A stretch of DNA of 62,798 nucleotides, the filler included. It is 7 parts of 7 records of this genome, joined end to end, with 100 filler letters (N's around TTAATTAATTAA, not from the genome) between each part and the next. Parts side by side here need not be neighbours in the genome. Positions count along the whole stretch, not along the records: positions 18,230 to 37,199 come from SRR2962707_461; 6 more parts are not named here. One strand, given 5' to 3'. Shown piece after piece: positions 22,345 to 32,866 of the stretch (the first letter of the stretch is position 1; each line of letters starts with the position of its first letter). The notes under the pieces were generated by a model. It did not search any database. It was not told the DNA's origin and saw nothing but the letters and a program-made list of their open reading frames with translations. Position numbers and translations under genes: made by a program.

Positions 22345-24006
22345 CTACTCGACATCATCCTGATGAATTTCAGGTTCAAGGGCTGGGCTATACAGGCAGC
22401 TTTGCGCTTTTCCGGAGTTCTTGGCCTCATACATGGCCTTATCCGCGCGGCGGAGCTGTTCACTCATATCGCTGTTTCCGCCCGCGAATACCGAAAAGCC
22501 GATCGAGGCCGAAATACCACAGTCGTGCTCTTGCCAAATGAACGGCTTTGTCATTTCCGCAAGGATGTCATCTGCCATCTTGGTCATTTCGTCTTCTGTG
22601 CCCTTGTTGATGAACAACAGACAAAACTCGTCCCCGCCAAGACGTGCGACCTCATCAGCCCTCCGCGATACACGTTTTAGCCGTTTGGCCGTTTCCACCA
22701 GCACCCAATCCCCCGCAGCATGCCCCTTGGTGTCGTTCAGATTCTTGAACCCATCCAGATCTAGAATAAAGATCGATGCCGGTGTATCTGTTCCACGTAA
22801 AACGGCTTCGCACTGATCAAGTTTTTGCATGAACCGCGCTCGGTTCGCCAAACCGGTCAATTCATCATTATTGGCTTTGTTTTGAAGTTCGCGCGCGGCG
22901 TGCTTTTGCTTGGTGATGTCGCTTGTCCACCACAGAACGGCTTCTTCGCCTTCGAACGTCAGCGGCTCAAGCGACGTTTTCAACCATCGGGCTTCTGACA
23001 TGCTAGGCCGCCGCAATCGCAACTCGACATCTTTTAGTTCACCAAGCATATCCATGTCTTTAAGCGACTGCTTGCGGTAGCGTTCTGACAGCAAAATGGA
23101 ATCAGTTGGGTCTTTTACCTCGGCTATATCAAGCAGGGTTTCAAATGTGCGGTTAAAGAAGCGGAAAACACCGTCATCACGGTTTGAGATCGCAACCCCG
23201 ACTGGCGCACTTTCAAGAAGCCCCGTCAGACGCTGGGTTGCTTGTGCCACCTCAGTCTGGGCCTTTTTAAGCGAACTGACATCAATCAAGGATCCGATTG
23301 TACCTGCGATGGCGCCACTTGGTGCTTTAAGACTTGATGCGGCAAATAAAGCCACGCGTTCCTGATCGCCAAGCATGAAGGCAATTTCATCACGCACCTG
23401 ACCTTCTTGCTTTAAAAGCGGTGCTTCGTGGTCGGCAACCGTTTTATTGAGGCCGTCCGGGGCTATTTTGCTGAACCTTGCCCCAATGACATCTTCCGGC
23501 TTTTGTTCGAAAAACGCGGCGAAGGCCCCATTGCAGCGGCTGATCAACCCATCAAGGTTTTTGATGTAAACTGGCGTGGGCAGAACATCAATCAGGTGCT
23601 GAATGAAGATTTTGTGGTCGGCCAGTGCCTTGGCAAGTTCCTGCGCCTTGCCAGCATCGCGTAAAACAAGCGCTGTCGTATCTGACGGACCTTGGGCGCA
23701 ATGCCACGTGAATATCTTGCCAGACAACCGAAATCCGGGCAAATCGGCCTGATTACCTGTTGAAATACTTGCCAGTGCATCACGCACGGCACCCACACCA
23801 TCGCCGCTGACGAATTCGCCATTCTTGGCAAGATAGGCAAGGAACTGTTTAATCTCTGTTCCCACCCGCATAACGGACTTGGCATCTTCGAGATTCTTTG
23901 CCGCAGCCGGGTTGGCATGCACGACCTTAAGACTGGATCGTTCAAGAAGAATAAGACTATCGCGCGACAATGCCGCCGTTGCAGCAACTTCAGGACTTAT
24001 TGACAA
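22345..24006 (-). CDS. PAS-domain diguanylate cyclase
   Basis: PAS repeats; DELTGLANR, DLDGFK.LND..GH.AGD and an intact RLGGDEF. Confidence 0.92.
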   Translation of the reverse strand: MSISPEVAATAALSRDSLILLERSSLKVVHANPAAAKNLEDAKSVMRVGTEIKQFLAYLAKNGEFVSGDGVGAVRDALASISTGNQADLPGFRLSGKIFTWHCAQGPSDTTALVLRDAGKAQELAKALADHKIFIQHLIDVLPTPVYIKNLDGLISRCNGAFAAFFEQKPEDVIGARFSKIAPDGLNKTVADHEAPLLKQEGQVRDEIAFMLGDQERVALFAASSLKAPSGAIAGTIGSLIDVSSLKKAQTEVAQATQRLTGLLESAPVGVAISNRDDGVFRFFNRTFETLLDIAEVKDPTDSILLSERYRKQSLKDMDMLGELKDVELRLRRPSMSEARWLKTSLEPLTFEGEEAVLWWTSDITKQKHAARELQNKANNDELTGLANRARFMQKLDQCEAVLRGTDTPASIFILDLDGFKNLNDTKGHAAGDWVLVETAKRLKRVSRRADEVARLGGDEFCLLFINKGTEDEMTKMADDILAEMTKPFIWQEHDCGISASIGFSVFAGGNSDMSEQLRRADKAMYEAKNSGKAQSCLYSPALEPEIHQDDVE

Positions 24007-24165
24007 TACACCCGTAGCGCCGAAAGACGGCGCACTCCCACGTTGGTATTTTCAGTGATGTCCCAAACCCGGCTGACCTTGTTTTTCGGTCTTTGTCTTT
24101 ATGCGTAAGCCATTACATATACAGAAGAATAAGTCATTATAATTCTTATGGCGGGGTACAATCAA

Positions 24166-24507
24166 CTATGATTTTGCCGCCGAAACCGGCAGATCGATAT
24201 AACCACGGTCGATGCAATGCTCCAGCTCGCGGGCAGCAGCCAGCATTTCCTGATAGGTTTCACGAAGATGCTTTAGCTTGGCAAGTTCTTGCTCAGTCGG
24301 GTGCTGGTCGGTACGATCTGCACTTAATTTGAACGCGTACTTCAGGTATTCCGCACGCAAACGGGCGACCGTAATCATCAGTGGCACGGCGTTTTCAACC
24401 GACATATCGGGAATTGCCGGACTAATGATCTCGTGATTGATTTCGCGAAGCACATGTTCCATGCCCATCATGAAACGGCTTTTGCTGCGAGCTGCATCCT
24501 GCGACAT
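24166..24507 (-). CDS. Hypothetical helical protein
   Basis: Clean ORF with AGGAG RBS; no motif recognised. Confidence 0.75.
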   Translation of the reverse strand: MSQDAARSKSRFMMGMEHVLREINHEIISPAIPDMSVENAVPLMITVARLRAEYLKYAFKLSADRTDQHPTEQELAKLKHLRETYQEMLAAARELEHCIDRGYIDLPVSAAKS

Positions 24508-24707
24508 GACCTATACTCCTTAAGCCATAAGGGTCTAATTCTGACGTAAGTATCACGCCGGAAAGTAAAAACTCCAATAACAGTTTACCACCAACGGTCG
24601 CATTAATCCCGCGCTGTGTTGTGGGGACAAAACTGATCGTAACTTGCAGGCGCGCGCCAACCGCGCTAGACGATGGATCAACAGTTTTTCAAAACAGGAA
24701 TTTGATC

Positions 24708-25112
24708 ATGGAAGCACGGGTAAAGTGGCTTGAGAATCTGACCTTCACAGGCACCAGCGGCAGTGGCCACGGTGTTGTCATGGATGGCGACCGGGAAAAT
24801 GGCTTTGGCCCCAGCCCGATGGAAATGCTTCTTCTGGGCATTGCAGGATGTTCGTCAATTGATGTCGTTCATATCCTTAAAAAAGGACGCGAGAACGTTC
24901 TGGATGTGCACACCGATGTCAAAGCCGAACGTGCTGAAACCGATCCTAAGGTTTTCACCAAGATTCACCTGCATTTCAAGGTGAAGGGGGATAACCTGAA
25001 CGAAGCTAAAATCGGTCGGGCTGTTGAATTGTCTGCGGAAAAATATTGCTCTGCCTCGATCATGTTGTCCAAGGCGGCAGAGATTACCCATAGCTGGGAA
25101 ATCATGGAATAA
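24708..25112 (+). CDS. OsmC/YhfA family protein
   Basis: GPSPMEMLL.G.AGCSSIDV and SAEKYCSAS motifs. Confidence 0.93.
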   Translation: MEARVKWLENLTFTGTSGSGHGVVMDGDRENGFGPSPMEMLLLGIAGCSSIDVVHILKKGRENVLDVHTDVKAERAETDPKVFTKIHLHFKVKGDNLNEAKIGRAVELSAEKYCSASIMLSKAAEITHSWEIME

Positions 25113-25158
25113 CCAAGACGCACCATGATATCTCGGTGCCGAAAGTCGACATACTTTT

Positions 25159-25187
25159 AAAGCGGTCTGATAAAGGCCGCTTTTTTT
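25159..25187 (+). terminator. Rho-independent terminator
   Basis: AAAGCGGTCT...AGGCCGCTTT hairpin followed by a T run. Confidence 0.75.
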
Positions 25188-25263
25188 GTTGCTCGCACAT
25201 GATCGATGCCCGCGTTAAGGTTGCAGTTGATCAACACACTCGCCCCAGTTCTGGAGATGCCCC

Positions 25264-26580
25264 ATGTCCGTCCGTCACGCGATAGGATTACGACTTTGTT
25301 CCATCAGTATCGCAACCGGCCTGCTTGCGGGGGTAAGCACAATACAGGCCGCCAACGCCGATGCCCTTTCCCCATCTGGCATGGCCGTTCAGGCCCCCTC
25401 GCCCAATGGTGCATTTCCTGACTATGTCAAAAACACCCGAAGTCAAATTCGCACGGTGTTAGAAAGCACGCGCTTCGCCGATGAAAAACAGCCGTTTGGA
25501 TCGTTCGGTCTGGATGAAGTTGTTGAAATGCGTGCGCCTTACGACATTGCGCCAGACCGAAATTCCTGTGCGGATGGTGATGTCACCTTATCGCGCGGCG
25601 AAAATCTGGGTTTTGTCATGGTTCATGGGCTTACGGACAGTCCATATTGGTTAAGTGATGTACGCGATGCCTTGCGCGATAAATACCCGTGCGCATCGTT
25701 CCATGGTGTGTTGTTGCCTGGGCATGGCACGGTTCCCGCTGACCTTATGGACGTTGCGTATCAGGACTGGATGAATACGGTTAAATTCGGTGTTGAATCG
25801 TTTGGCCCGGAAGTAGAACAGATCATTCCCATCGGCTTTTCAACCGGTGCGGCCCTGATTGGGCGTTACTATGATATGGCTGATCACGATGATCGCCTGA
25901 ACGCCCTTGTCATGCTGTCGCCCGGTTTTTCTGCGCGCAGCGGCATGGCATGGCTCACCCCCTATGTCCGCTATGTCAAAAACTGGGCGGGCAAGGGTGA
26001 AAACAATGATCCGGGAAAATATGGTTCGATGGCGATGAATGGTGCGGCAGAGTTTCATTTGCTCACCGCCCCCTATCGCGATGGATCAATTGGCACTGTC
26101 GACATTCCGGTATTCGTTGCGGTCAGTTCGGATGACCAAACCATCGACCCGCTTGTCGTACTTGATTTCTTCTGTGAAAAGGTGACTGTCCCCAACCGTC
26201 ATATGCTCTGGTATCAAGGGGAAATCGAAATCCCCGACGAACAAACCCAATGTGACGGTATTGACGTTGTTAAGTCTGCAAATGCGGACTTCAGAACGTT
26301 AAACCATGCTCATACCGGCATTACTCTCTCGCCGAACGATCCTGTTTACGGGCTTGATGGTAAACATCCTGATTGCGGCCACTATGACAACAAAGAAGAC
26401 AAGGAAACCTGCCAAACAGCACCCGATGCAGTTTACGGTGAACGCAACCTTGTTGACGGTGCGACACCCGGAACCCTGCGACGTGCGACGTTTAACCCGG
26501 ATTTTGACACCATGATGGAGAAAATCATGCATTTCATCGCGGTGTCACGTGCCCCGGCGACCCCAAATCCCGTAGAATAG
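25264..26580 (+). CDS. Secreted alpha/beta hydrolase (esterase/lipase)
   Basis: Signal peptide; HGLTDSP oxyanion motif; GFSTG nucleophile elbow. Confidence 0.88.
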   Translation: MSVRHAIGLRLCSISIATGLLAGVSTIQAANADALSPSGMAVQAPSPNGAFPDYVKNTRSQIRTVLESTRFADEKQPFGSFGLDEVVEMRAPYDIAPDRNSCADGDVTLSRGENLGFVMVHGLTDSPYWLSDVRDALRDKYPCASFHGVLLPGHGTVPADLMDVAYQDWMNTVKFGVESFGPEVEQIIPIGFSTGAALIGRYYDMADHDDRLNALVMLSPGFSARSGMAWLTPYVRYVKNWAGKGENNDPGKYGSMAMNGAAEFHLLTAPYRDGSIGTVDIPVFVAVSSDDQTIDPLVVLDFFCEKVTVPNRHMLWYQGEIEIPDEQTQCDGIDVVKSANADFRTLNHAHTGITLSPNDPVYGLDGKHPDCGHYDNKEDKETCQTAPDAVYGERNLVDGATPGTLRRATFNPDFDTMMEKIMHFIAVSRAPATPNPVE

Positions 26581-26629
26581 ATATGCGGTTTTGACGTCGG
26601 CTTGAACGGAACTTGAGACAGGCATTTGA

Positions 26630-27571
26630 ATGAATTTCTCCCTGCATCACGTAACCAATAAAGATGGCGTGCGGTTACGCTATGGCATCAGCCCGCCTTG
26701 TCGGGATAATTTGGATGTCTATGTCCTTATTCTGCAGGGGCGCGGCGAATATATCGAACGATACCAAGAAACTGCCGAGGACCTGACCCAACGCGGCTTG
26801 GGCTGCGTCACGTTTGATTTCCGGGGGCAAGGTGGTTCTGATCGCACGACGTCAGATCCCACCATGGGCTATGTCAAAGATGTCACGGAATATGTGTCTG
26901 ATACCGGGTGTATTATGGCTCATATCAAAGATCAGCATGACATAACGTGCCAAATGCTTTTAACCCATTCGACGGGAGGGCTTGTCGCGATGAAGATGCT
27001 GCTATCGCAACCAGATCTTTGGAAAAGTGCCGTGATGTTGGCGCCGTTTTTTGGCATGGGTGGTCCGGATTGGCTGGCGCTTGCGGCACAGTTCTTATCC
27101 GCCAGCCTCTGCCGATACGGTTTTGATCAGCAATACCTTCCGGGTCAAAAGGCATTGTCACCGCTGAATGCATTTGAGCCGGAAAACCTTTTGACGTCGG
27201 ATGGCGAACGATATGCTCGTAATGTTGCGCTGCTGACAGCTCAGCCAGACCTTGTCATCGGCGGCGTTTCTGCAGGGTGGCTTGATGCCTGTTTTCGTAC
27301 TCAGGCCAACCTCATGGGCAAACTTTCGGCACCTTCAAACGCCATGAGCCTCCCCCCTATCACCATGGTTCTCGCTGGCAACGATCAGGTTGTGTCAAAC
27401 ACCACGACAAATGACCTTTTTGGCAACCATCCCAATGTGACCATGTGCGAAATTCCCGAAGCCCGGCATGAAATCCTGCAAGAGCAGGACTATCTTCGCG
27501 ATCAATTCTGGGCAGCATTTGATTTGCATGTTTCACGCCATCATGCCGAGTGGCTTTCAAACGCTGGCTAA
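26630..27571 (+). CDS. Alpha/beta hydrolase, lysophospholipase L2 (PldB)-like
   Basis: GRGEYIERY, DFRGQGGS, HSTGG and ARHEILQE motifs. Confidence 0.9.
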   Translation: MNFSLHHVTNKDGVRLRYGISPPCRDNLDVYVLILQGRGEYIERYQETAEDLTQRGLGCVTFDFRGQGGSDRTTSDPTMGYVKDVTEYVSDTGCIMAHIKDQHDITCQMLLTHSTGGLVAMKMLLSQPDLWKSAVMLAPFFGMGGPDWLALAAQFLSASLCRYGFDQQYLPGQKALSPLNAFEPENLLTSDGERYARNVALLTAQPDLVIGGVSAGWLDACFRTQANLMGKLSAPSNAMSLPPITMVLAGNDQVVSNTTTNDLFGNHPNVTMCEIPEARHEILQEQDYLRDQFWAAFDLHVSRHHAEWLSNAG

Positions 27572-27584
27572 CATCCCAAACAAC

Positions 27585-28529
27585 TCACCGGGATGACGTG
27601 CTGGTTTCTACCCCGTCAAAGCGCATTTTTCGAAATGCACTTGGCGCCACGCCACGATGACGACGGAACTGACGGTTAAAGTGTGACAGATTCTGAAAAC
27701 CGGCTTCCTCCGCTACGCAATAAATCGGCATATCTGATGACAGCAACAGACTGACCGCACGCCCAAGCCGCAACCCCATCAGATAATCCTGAATATTTGT
27801 GCCCATATGGCGCTGAAAAAAGCGCCGCAATGTGCGTTCGCTCATACCTGCATTTTGCGCGACCACACGACTGCTGACGGGCTCGACATAGGCACCATGC
27901 AATTGATCAAGCACCTTGCCGAGCCGACTGGCATCGTCGCGACCCGGAACATCGGCATTAAACCGATCAGAGGCCAGCGGATTGAGGTCTTTGGCATCAA
28001 TCAAGGTGCGCAGCACTTCGATTAAAAGCACAAGCTGATCTGCCGGTTTTCCCTGATCAAAATTTGTTGCAAGTTTGGCCACCTTACGCGCAATTGTTAC
28101 ATCGAACTTAACGCCACGCCGCGACAGAAGCAGGATTTTTTCCAACGATGATAGTTCGGGGATGGTTTTGCAGATCGAATTGATCCAGTCCACCGTGAAC
28201 CAGAAAACAAACGCCTGATGCCCCTTACGCCGTCCCTTAACCTGAAGGGCTGCGTCATGAGCACGCATACCACCCGGCGTTACCGACGGTGGGCCGGCAT
28301 TTTTTGAGTGCCATGTGTGGGGTAAATTCGGCCCCAATAGAACCAGGTCATCCTCGCCATACGACCCGATATGGTCGCCCACATAGCGCTGTCCATGGCT
28401 GCCTAGCGTCAGGGTTAATTCATATTCAGGATGGAAATGCCATTCGAACGGAATTGCTTCCAAATTACGGTGCAATCCCTTCCAAGACCGGTCTGCTGCA
28501 ATCTGGACATGCTCAAACAGCAATTTCAT
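27585..28529 (-). CDS. AraC family regulator with N-terminal cupin
   Basis: WHFHPEYEL and GPNLPHTW motifs; C-terminal AGFQNLSHFNRQF. Confidence 0.95.
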   Translation of the reverse strand: MKLLFEHVQIAADRSWKGLHRNLEAIPFEWHFHPEYELTLTLGSHGQRYVGDHIGSYGEDDLVLLGPNLPHTWHSKNAGPPSVTPGGMRAHDAALQVKGRRKGHQAFVFWFTVDWINSICKTIPELSSLEKILLLSRRGVKFDVTIARKVAKLATNFDQGKPADQLVLLIEVLRTLIDAKDLNPLASDRFNADVPGRDDASRLGKVLDQLHGAYVEPVSSRVVAQNAGMSERTLRRFFQRHMGTNIQDYLMGLRLGRAVSLLLSSDMPIYCVAEEAGFQNLSHFNRQFRRHRGVAPSAFRKMRFDGVETSTSSR

Positions 28530-28677
28530 TTAAATACCAATCACGCTTATACGGCATATATATCGAAAAATATTGACCGAATAGTATCAGTATTTGTCCG
28601 TGCTGTCAGTGGGCAAGTTTCCGGGTCAGAGGTTAGAATTCAACCTGTCACAAACAAAGAACTCGGGAGATACCGCA

Positions 28678-29649
28678 ATGTCGATGCTGGCAAACGCCCC
28701 AATGTCAAACACCCCCAATGCCGACCGTCCCGGCAATGCATCGGTTAAGGAGGTTCGTGGTGCACAGTTGCGCGACCTTGCAAAGACGTTACCGCTTCGC
28801 GTTTTATCCGAGGATGATTTTACCCATTGGCAGACCTATGGCTATGTCGTTGTGTCAAATGCGGTTCCGGATGAACAGGTCCGTGCGACCCGCGATTTCC
28901 TGTGGGAGTTCCAGGAAATGGACCCGAATGATCCGGCCAGTTGGAGCCGGCCGCAAATGCGCGATCATGCAATGACCGAACTGAACAACTCAGGCATGGT
29001 CGAAGTCTATAATCATCAAACACTTTGGGACAATCGTCAGACACAGCGGGTTTATGATGCATTTGTTGATATTTGGGATCGAACTGATCTTTGGGTGTCG
29101 ATTGATCGTGCCAACCTGAACACGCCCAATACAGGTAAACGTGCATTTGACGGCTTCATTCACTGGGATGCCGATACGACGGCCGATCCTTTGCCAATTA
29201 ATGTGCAGGGTGTTTTATCGCTGGTTGATACCACCGACGATATGGGCGGCTTTCAATGCGTGCCTGATTTATTTGCCAATTTCGAGCAATGGCGCAAAAC
29301 GGCACCATCGGACCGCGACCCGTTCCGCCCGGATATGGACAGCATCCCCTATGAACCAAAGCGCATAGCGATGAAGGCCGGTGACTTTGTGATTTTCAAC
29401 AGCTTGCTGGCGCATGGCATTCGCGCGAACCGGTCGGATCAGTCGCGTATTGCGCAATATATCTCGATGGCACCGGCAACGCCCGAGGAACAGGACCTTG
29501 TCGACTGGCGGGTCAAAAGCTGGTCCGAACGTCTTCCCGCCCGCGGCCATGCCTTCCCAGGTGATCCACGCAACTGGGAACAAACCCGCTATGACCGGGC
29601 AAACCTGACGCCGCTTGGCGAAAAGCTTCTGGGGAAAACGCGCTGGTAA
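28678..29649 (+). CDS. Phytanoyl-CoA dioxygenase (PhyH) family Fe(II)/2OG dioxygenase
   Basis: HxD (FIHWDAD), GGFQCVP, KAGD..IF and distal His (LAHG). Confidence 0.92.
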   Translation: MSMLANAPMSNTPNADRPGNASVKEVRGAQLRDLAKTLPLRVLSEDDFTHWQTYGYVVVSNAVPDEQVRATRDFLWEFQEMDPNDPASWSRPQMRDHAMTELNNSGMVEVYNHQTLWDNRQTQRVYDAFVDIWDRTDLWVSIDRANLNTPNTGKRAFDGFIHWDADTTADPLPINVQGVLSLVDTTDDMGGFQCVPDLFANFEQWRKTAPSDRDPFRPDMDSIPYEPKRIAMKAGDFVIFNSLLAHGIRANRSDQSRIAQYISMAPATPEEQDLVDWRVKSWSERLPARGHAFPGDPRNWEQTRYDRANLTPLGEKLLGKTRW

Positions 29650-29671
29650 TCCAACCCTGCACGCATCATTT

Positions 29672-29700
29672 AAAAAGCGCCCTTCTGACAGGGCGCTTTT
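29672..29700. terminator. Bidirectional terminator
   Basis: AAAAGCGCCCT...AGGGCGCTTTT between convergent genes. Confidence 0.85.
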
Positions 29701-29747
29701 CATTTAGGACAGAACTCACCTTGCTGTCATAGGCAGCAGAAACGTGG

Positions 29748-30722
29748 TCAAAACTTTGCGATCAGCTTAGCTTTGGTGTCGTCATCGACAAAGGCCGCTT
29801 CAAGGGCGGTTCGGGTAATGCCAAGAAGTTCCGCATCACTGAACCCGAAATCATCCTGCGCACACTGATATTCATCGGCCAAACTTGTGTGAAAGAACGG
29901 CGGATCGTCAGATCCCAGCGTCACCTTGACCCCGGCATCATAAAGTTTACGCAAAGGATGCGCCGCAAAATCGGGATAAACCGAAAGTGCGATGTTTGAT
30001 CCCGGGCACACCTCAAGAACGATGCCACGCTTAACAAGTGCCTCAACCAGTTTCGGGTCTTCGATTGAGCGTACACCATGCCCAATTCTGGTCACTGGCA
30101 GTTTATCAATCGCATCCCAAACACTCTGGGGACCTTGAACCTCGCCCGCATGGGTCGTGCAGCCAAGACCGCCATCTGCGGCAACCTTGAATGCCGGGTA
30201 AAAGGTTTCTTGCGAAAACATGCTTTCATTACCGCCCATGCCAAAGCCAACGACATAGGGGTGGCCGCATGCAACGGTGTCTTTGGCGACATCAACGGCC
30301 ATGTCACCGCCGACATGGCGCACGCAGGTCATGATGATCCGGCCAATGATGCCGCATTCCTTTTCTGCACGGTCAATGCCATCAACAACCCCTTCAAGGT
30401 GATCATCAAACGAAATCCCGCATTCAGCCGCATGGGTTGGCGAGCAGAACAGCTCGACATAAAGCGTACCTGATTTGGCCTGCTCGGTCAGATAGAAATG
30501 CGTCAGATCGGCATAATCTTGCTTCGTGCGGATCGCGGCACTTGCCTTATCAAAACTCTTGAGAAACTCGGGAAAATCCGACCAGATATACCGATCCTGA
30601 TCATCATAAATCCCAGCAGGCAACGTAAGGCCATTTCGCATGGCAAAGGACCGTACAAGCGACGGCGTCATCGCACCCTCAAGATGCAAATGCAGCTCTG
30701 CTTTTGGGATTTTATAGGTCAT
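29748..30722 (-). CDS. add: Adenosine/adenine deaminase
   Basis: PKAELHLHLEG, HAGE, RIGHG and SDDP motifs. Confidence 0.95.
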   Translation of the reverse strand: MTYKIPKAELHLHLEGAMTPSLVRSFAMRNGLTLPAGIYDDQDRYIWSDFPEFLKSFDKASAAIRTKQDYADLTHFYLTEQAKSGTLYVELFCSPTHAAECGISFDDHLEGVVDGIDRAEKECGIIGRIIMTCVRHVGGDMAVDVAKDTVACGHPYVVGFGMGGNESMFSQETFYPAFKVAADGGLGCTTHAGEVQGPQSVWDAIDKLPVTRIGHGVRSIEDPKLVEALVKRGIVLEVCPGSNIALSVYPDFAAHPLRKLYDAGVKVTLGSDDPPFFHTSLADEYQCAQDDFGFSDAELLGITRTALEAAFVDDDTKAKLIAKF

Positions 30723-30793
30723 TTGGGCGCTCCGGCATTTTCGGGTTTCTTGATCTTGCAAGAAACCTTTCTACCCCGAAAGCCCCAATCACG

Positions 30794-32569
30794 TCACGCC
30801 GCAAACGTTTTGCGGGTCGATTTCTTATCTGCTTTTTTATCAGGCACTGCGATGCCGGCAACCAGATCGGCAAGTGGCCCGATAAAGGGCTCAAACCGCT
30901 GCCACTTGCCAAGGGAGTCCTTATTAATCGGGCGACGCACCTGTATCATGCTTGCTGTTGTCGATGTCTTACCGTCGCGATAGAATTCAAGACATTGCTC
31001 ATGCCAGTCCAATCCGCAGTGAGCGAGATAATCCTTGGCAACAGCTTCGGGGTTTGCGACCAGCTCTTCATAGCGCAGGTCATAAAGCATCCCGTGCTGA
31101 TCGGTTTCAAAGAACACGTTCATCAGAGTGTTATAGCCACGATAGTAATCGGCTAAATCGCCAAGATCATCGGCAAAGCGCATCGGCACAGCAAACGGCG
31201 TTGTATAGATCGAAAGACACGTCGCCAGAGGATGACGATGCGTGTGAATGATCGGCGCCTCCGGAAATATACGGCGGATCGCTTCTAATCGCAGAAAGTT
31301 GGCAGGTGTCTTGTTGGCAACAAATCGCGCATCCGAGGCATAGGCCTTCATCGCCACAAGATAGCGTTTGCGAATTTCAGCGATGTTTTTCTTAGTCAGC
31401 CGCGCAACCTGCTCAGCAATGGAGTAACGACCGACGACCTCAGTCAAAATCCGTGCAAGGTCGCCAATTTCGCCCGCGGCATAGACATCGGGGTGCGCCC
31501 CAAGAATCCGCTCGCACAGAGTGGTTCCCGATCTCGGCATGCCAACAATAAAGATCGGCATGGGCCCATCTTCTTTCTCTGCCGAGACGTCTTTGACATC
31601 GCCAAGATCGACGGTGACGTTATCGTGCGCCAATTCTGCGATACGATTCATTTCGTGAAACTCTGCGACCATGTCAATTGGTCGTGCTCTGCGGTTTGCA
31701 TCATGTCCGGTTTGATACCAGTCGAATGCCGACTTCATATTGCCATCGGCCTCATCCATCCGCGCCAACGCGAATGACGCCTTATAAACCTGTCCCGCAT
31801 CGTTTTGCGGGTTAATGGCAATCTCAGTCAGAACCTCGCGTGCGTTTTCCGGCATGGATTGCGGGCGCATAAATGAAATGATGATAAAAGGCTGCGCCCC
31901 TGCATCAGGAAAATCATGGATGATTGCAAGACTGGTTGAAACGGCTTTTTCAACTTCCCCAGCAATCGCATAACTGGACGCCAACAGTTCACGTAACGCC
32001 CTGTTTTGGGGTTGCTTTTGGGTGATATTTTCAAGTAATGGAAACGCTTTTTCATGCTCTTCTTGATACAGATAAATCCGCGCTAAAAGTGTTTGCATGT
32101 CTCGATAGCACGGGTCAGACGGTGCCGTGTTTTCCAGAAGTTCAATTGCCTGAGCCAGTTTTGGCGCATAACTGCGCCCCGGACTTAACTTGCATTGGTG
32201 ACGGAAAATGACATCCGCAAGCATCAAGGCAAAAACGGAATGCTGCGGCGCGGCGCGATGGCGTTCTTCCAGCACCGACTCGACTGAACTAAAGTCATTT
32301 GCAATATAAGCATATTGCAGAAGATTCTGCGATATAGGCCCAAAAAAACGGTCATTCGGAAGTAATGTGCGGAAGATACGTCGTAATCTCTGCCCGGCCT
32401 GCAGAGGGTTCTTTCCCTGCATCTCGCTCACAGCAGTCATGACCTGTATATCGGTCCGCTTTGGGTGCAGCCTAAGAATCCGGGCACCAATTTTGGCCGC
32501 CTTATCAAACTCGGCGGCCGACATTGCCAATTTTAGATCCTGTGCAATGTCCGCTTTTACCTGCGTCAT
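30794..32569 (-). CDS. TPR-containing sulfotransferase
   Basis: IFIVGMPRSGTTL, NKTPANF and HRHPLATCLSIY motifs. Confidence 0.92.
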   Translation of the reverse strand: MTQVKADIAQDLKLAMSAAEFDKAAKIGARILRLHPKRTDIQVMTAVSEMQGKNPLQAGQRLRRIFRTLLPNDRFFGPISQNLLQYAYIANDFSSVESVLEERHRAAPQHSVFALMLADVIFRHQCKLSPGRSYAPKLAQAIELLENTAPSDPCYRDMQTLLARIYLYQEEHEKAFPLLENITQKQPQNRALRELLASSYAIAGEVEKAVSTSLAIIHDFPDAGAQPFIIISFMRPQSMPENAREVLTEIAINPQNDAGQVYKASFALARMDEADGNMKSAFDWYQTGHDANRRARPIDMVAEFHEMNRIAELAHDNVTVDLGDVKDVSAEKEDGPMPIFIVGMPRSGTTLCERILGAHPDVYAAGEIGDLARILTEVVGRYSIAEQVARLTKKNIAEIRKRYLVAMKAYASDARFVANKTPANFLRLEAIRRIFPEAPIIHTHRHPLATCLSIYTTPFAVPMRFADDLGDLADYYRGYNTLMNVFFETDQHGMLYDLRYEELVANPEAVAKDYLAHCGLDWHEQCLEFYRDGKTSTTASMIQVRRPINKDSLGKWQRFEPFIGPLADLVAGIAVPDKKADKKSTRKTFAA

Positions 32570-32672
32570 TTACGTGTCCTTGGTGCGTAAAATATTACAA
32601 ACGCCCCCTCCCCAAGTACCGGGCGACTATAAGTCATTTACATAACACTGCACAGCACAAATATATGTATTA

Positions 32673-32843
32673 CTACGTATGGTCACGTAAATGTGAGTGC
32701 GCCATCATTTCATGCGATACGACAGGAGCACCGACGAAGATCATCAAACATCCAACGACGATGGTGCGCGTTACCTCCATTTTGCCAAAGACGACACCCA
32801 AAATTATGCTGAGCAGCGCCCTACCTACTGCAATCGATCCGAC
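32673..32843 (-). pseudogene. Possible DMT/EamA transporter C-terminal remnant
   Basis: Start-less frame ...ALLSIILGVVFGKMEVTRTIVVGCLMIFVGA... resembling the last two EamA helices. Confidence 0.4.
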
Positions 32844-32866
32844 AAAGTTTTTTGATTTTTGTGTGG

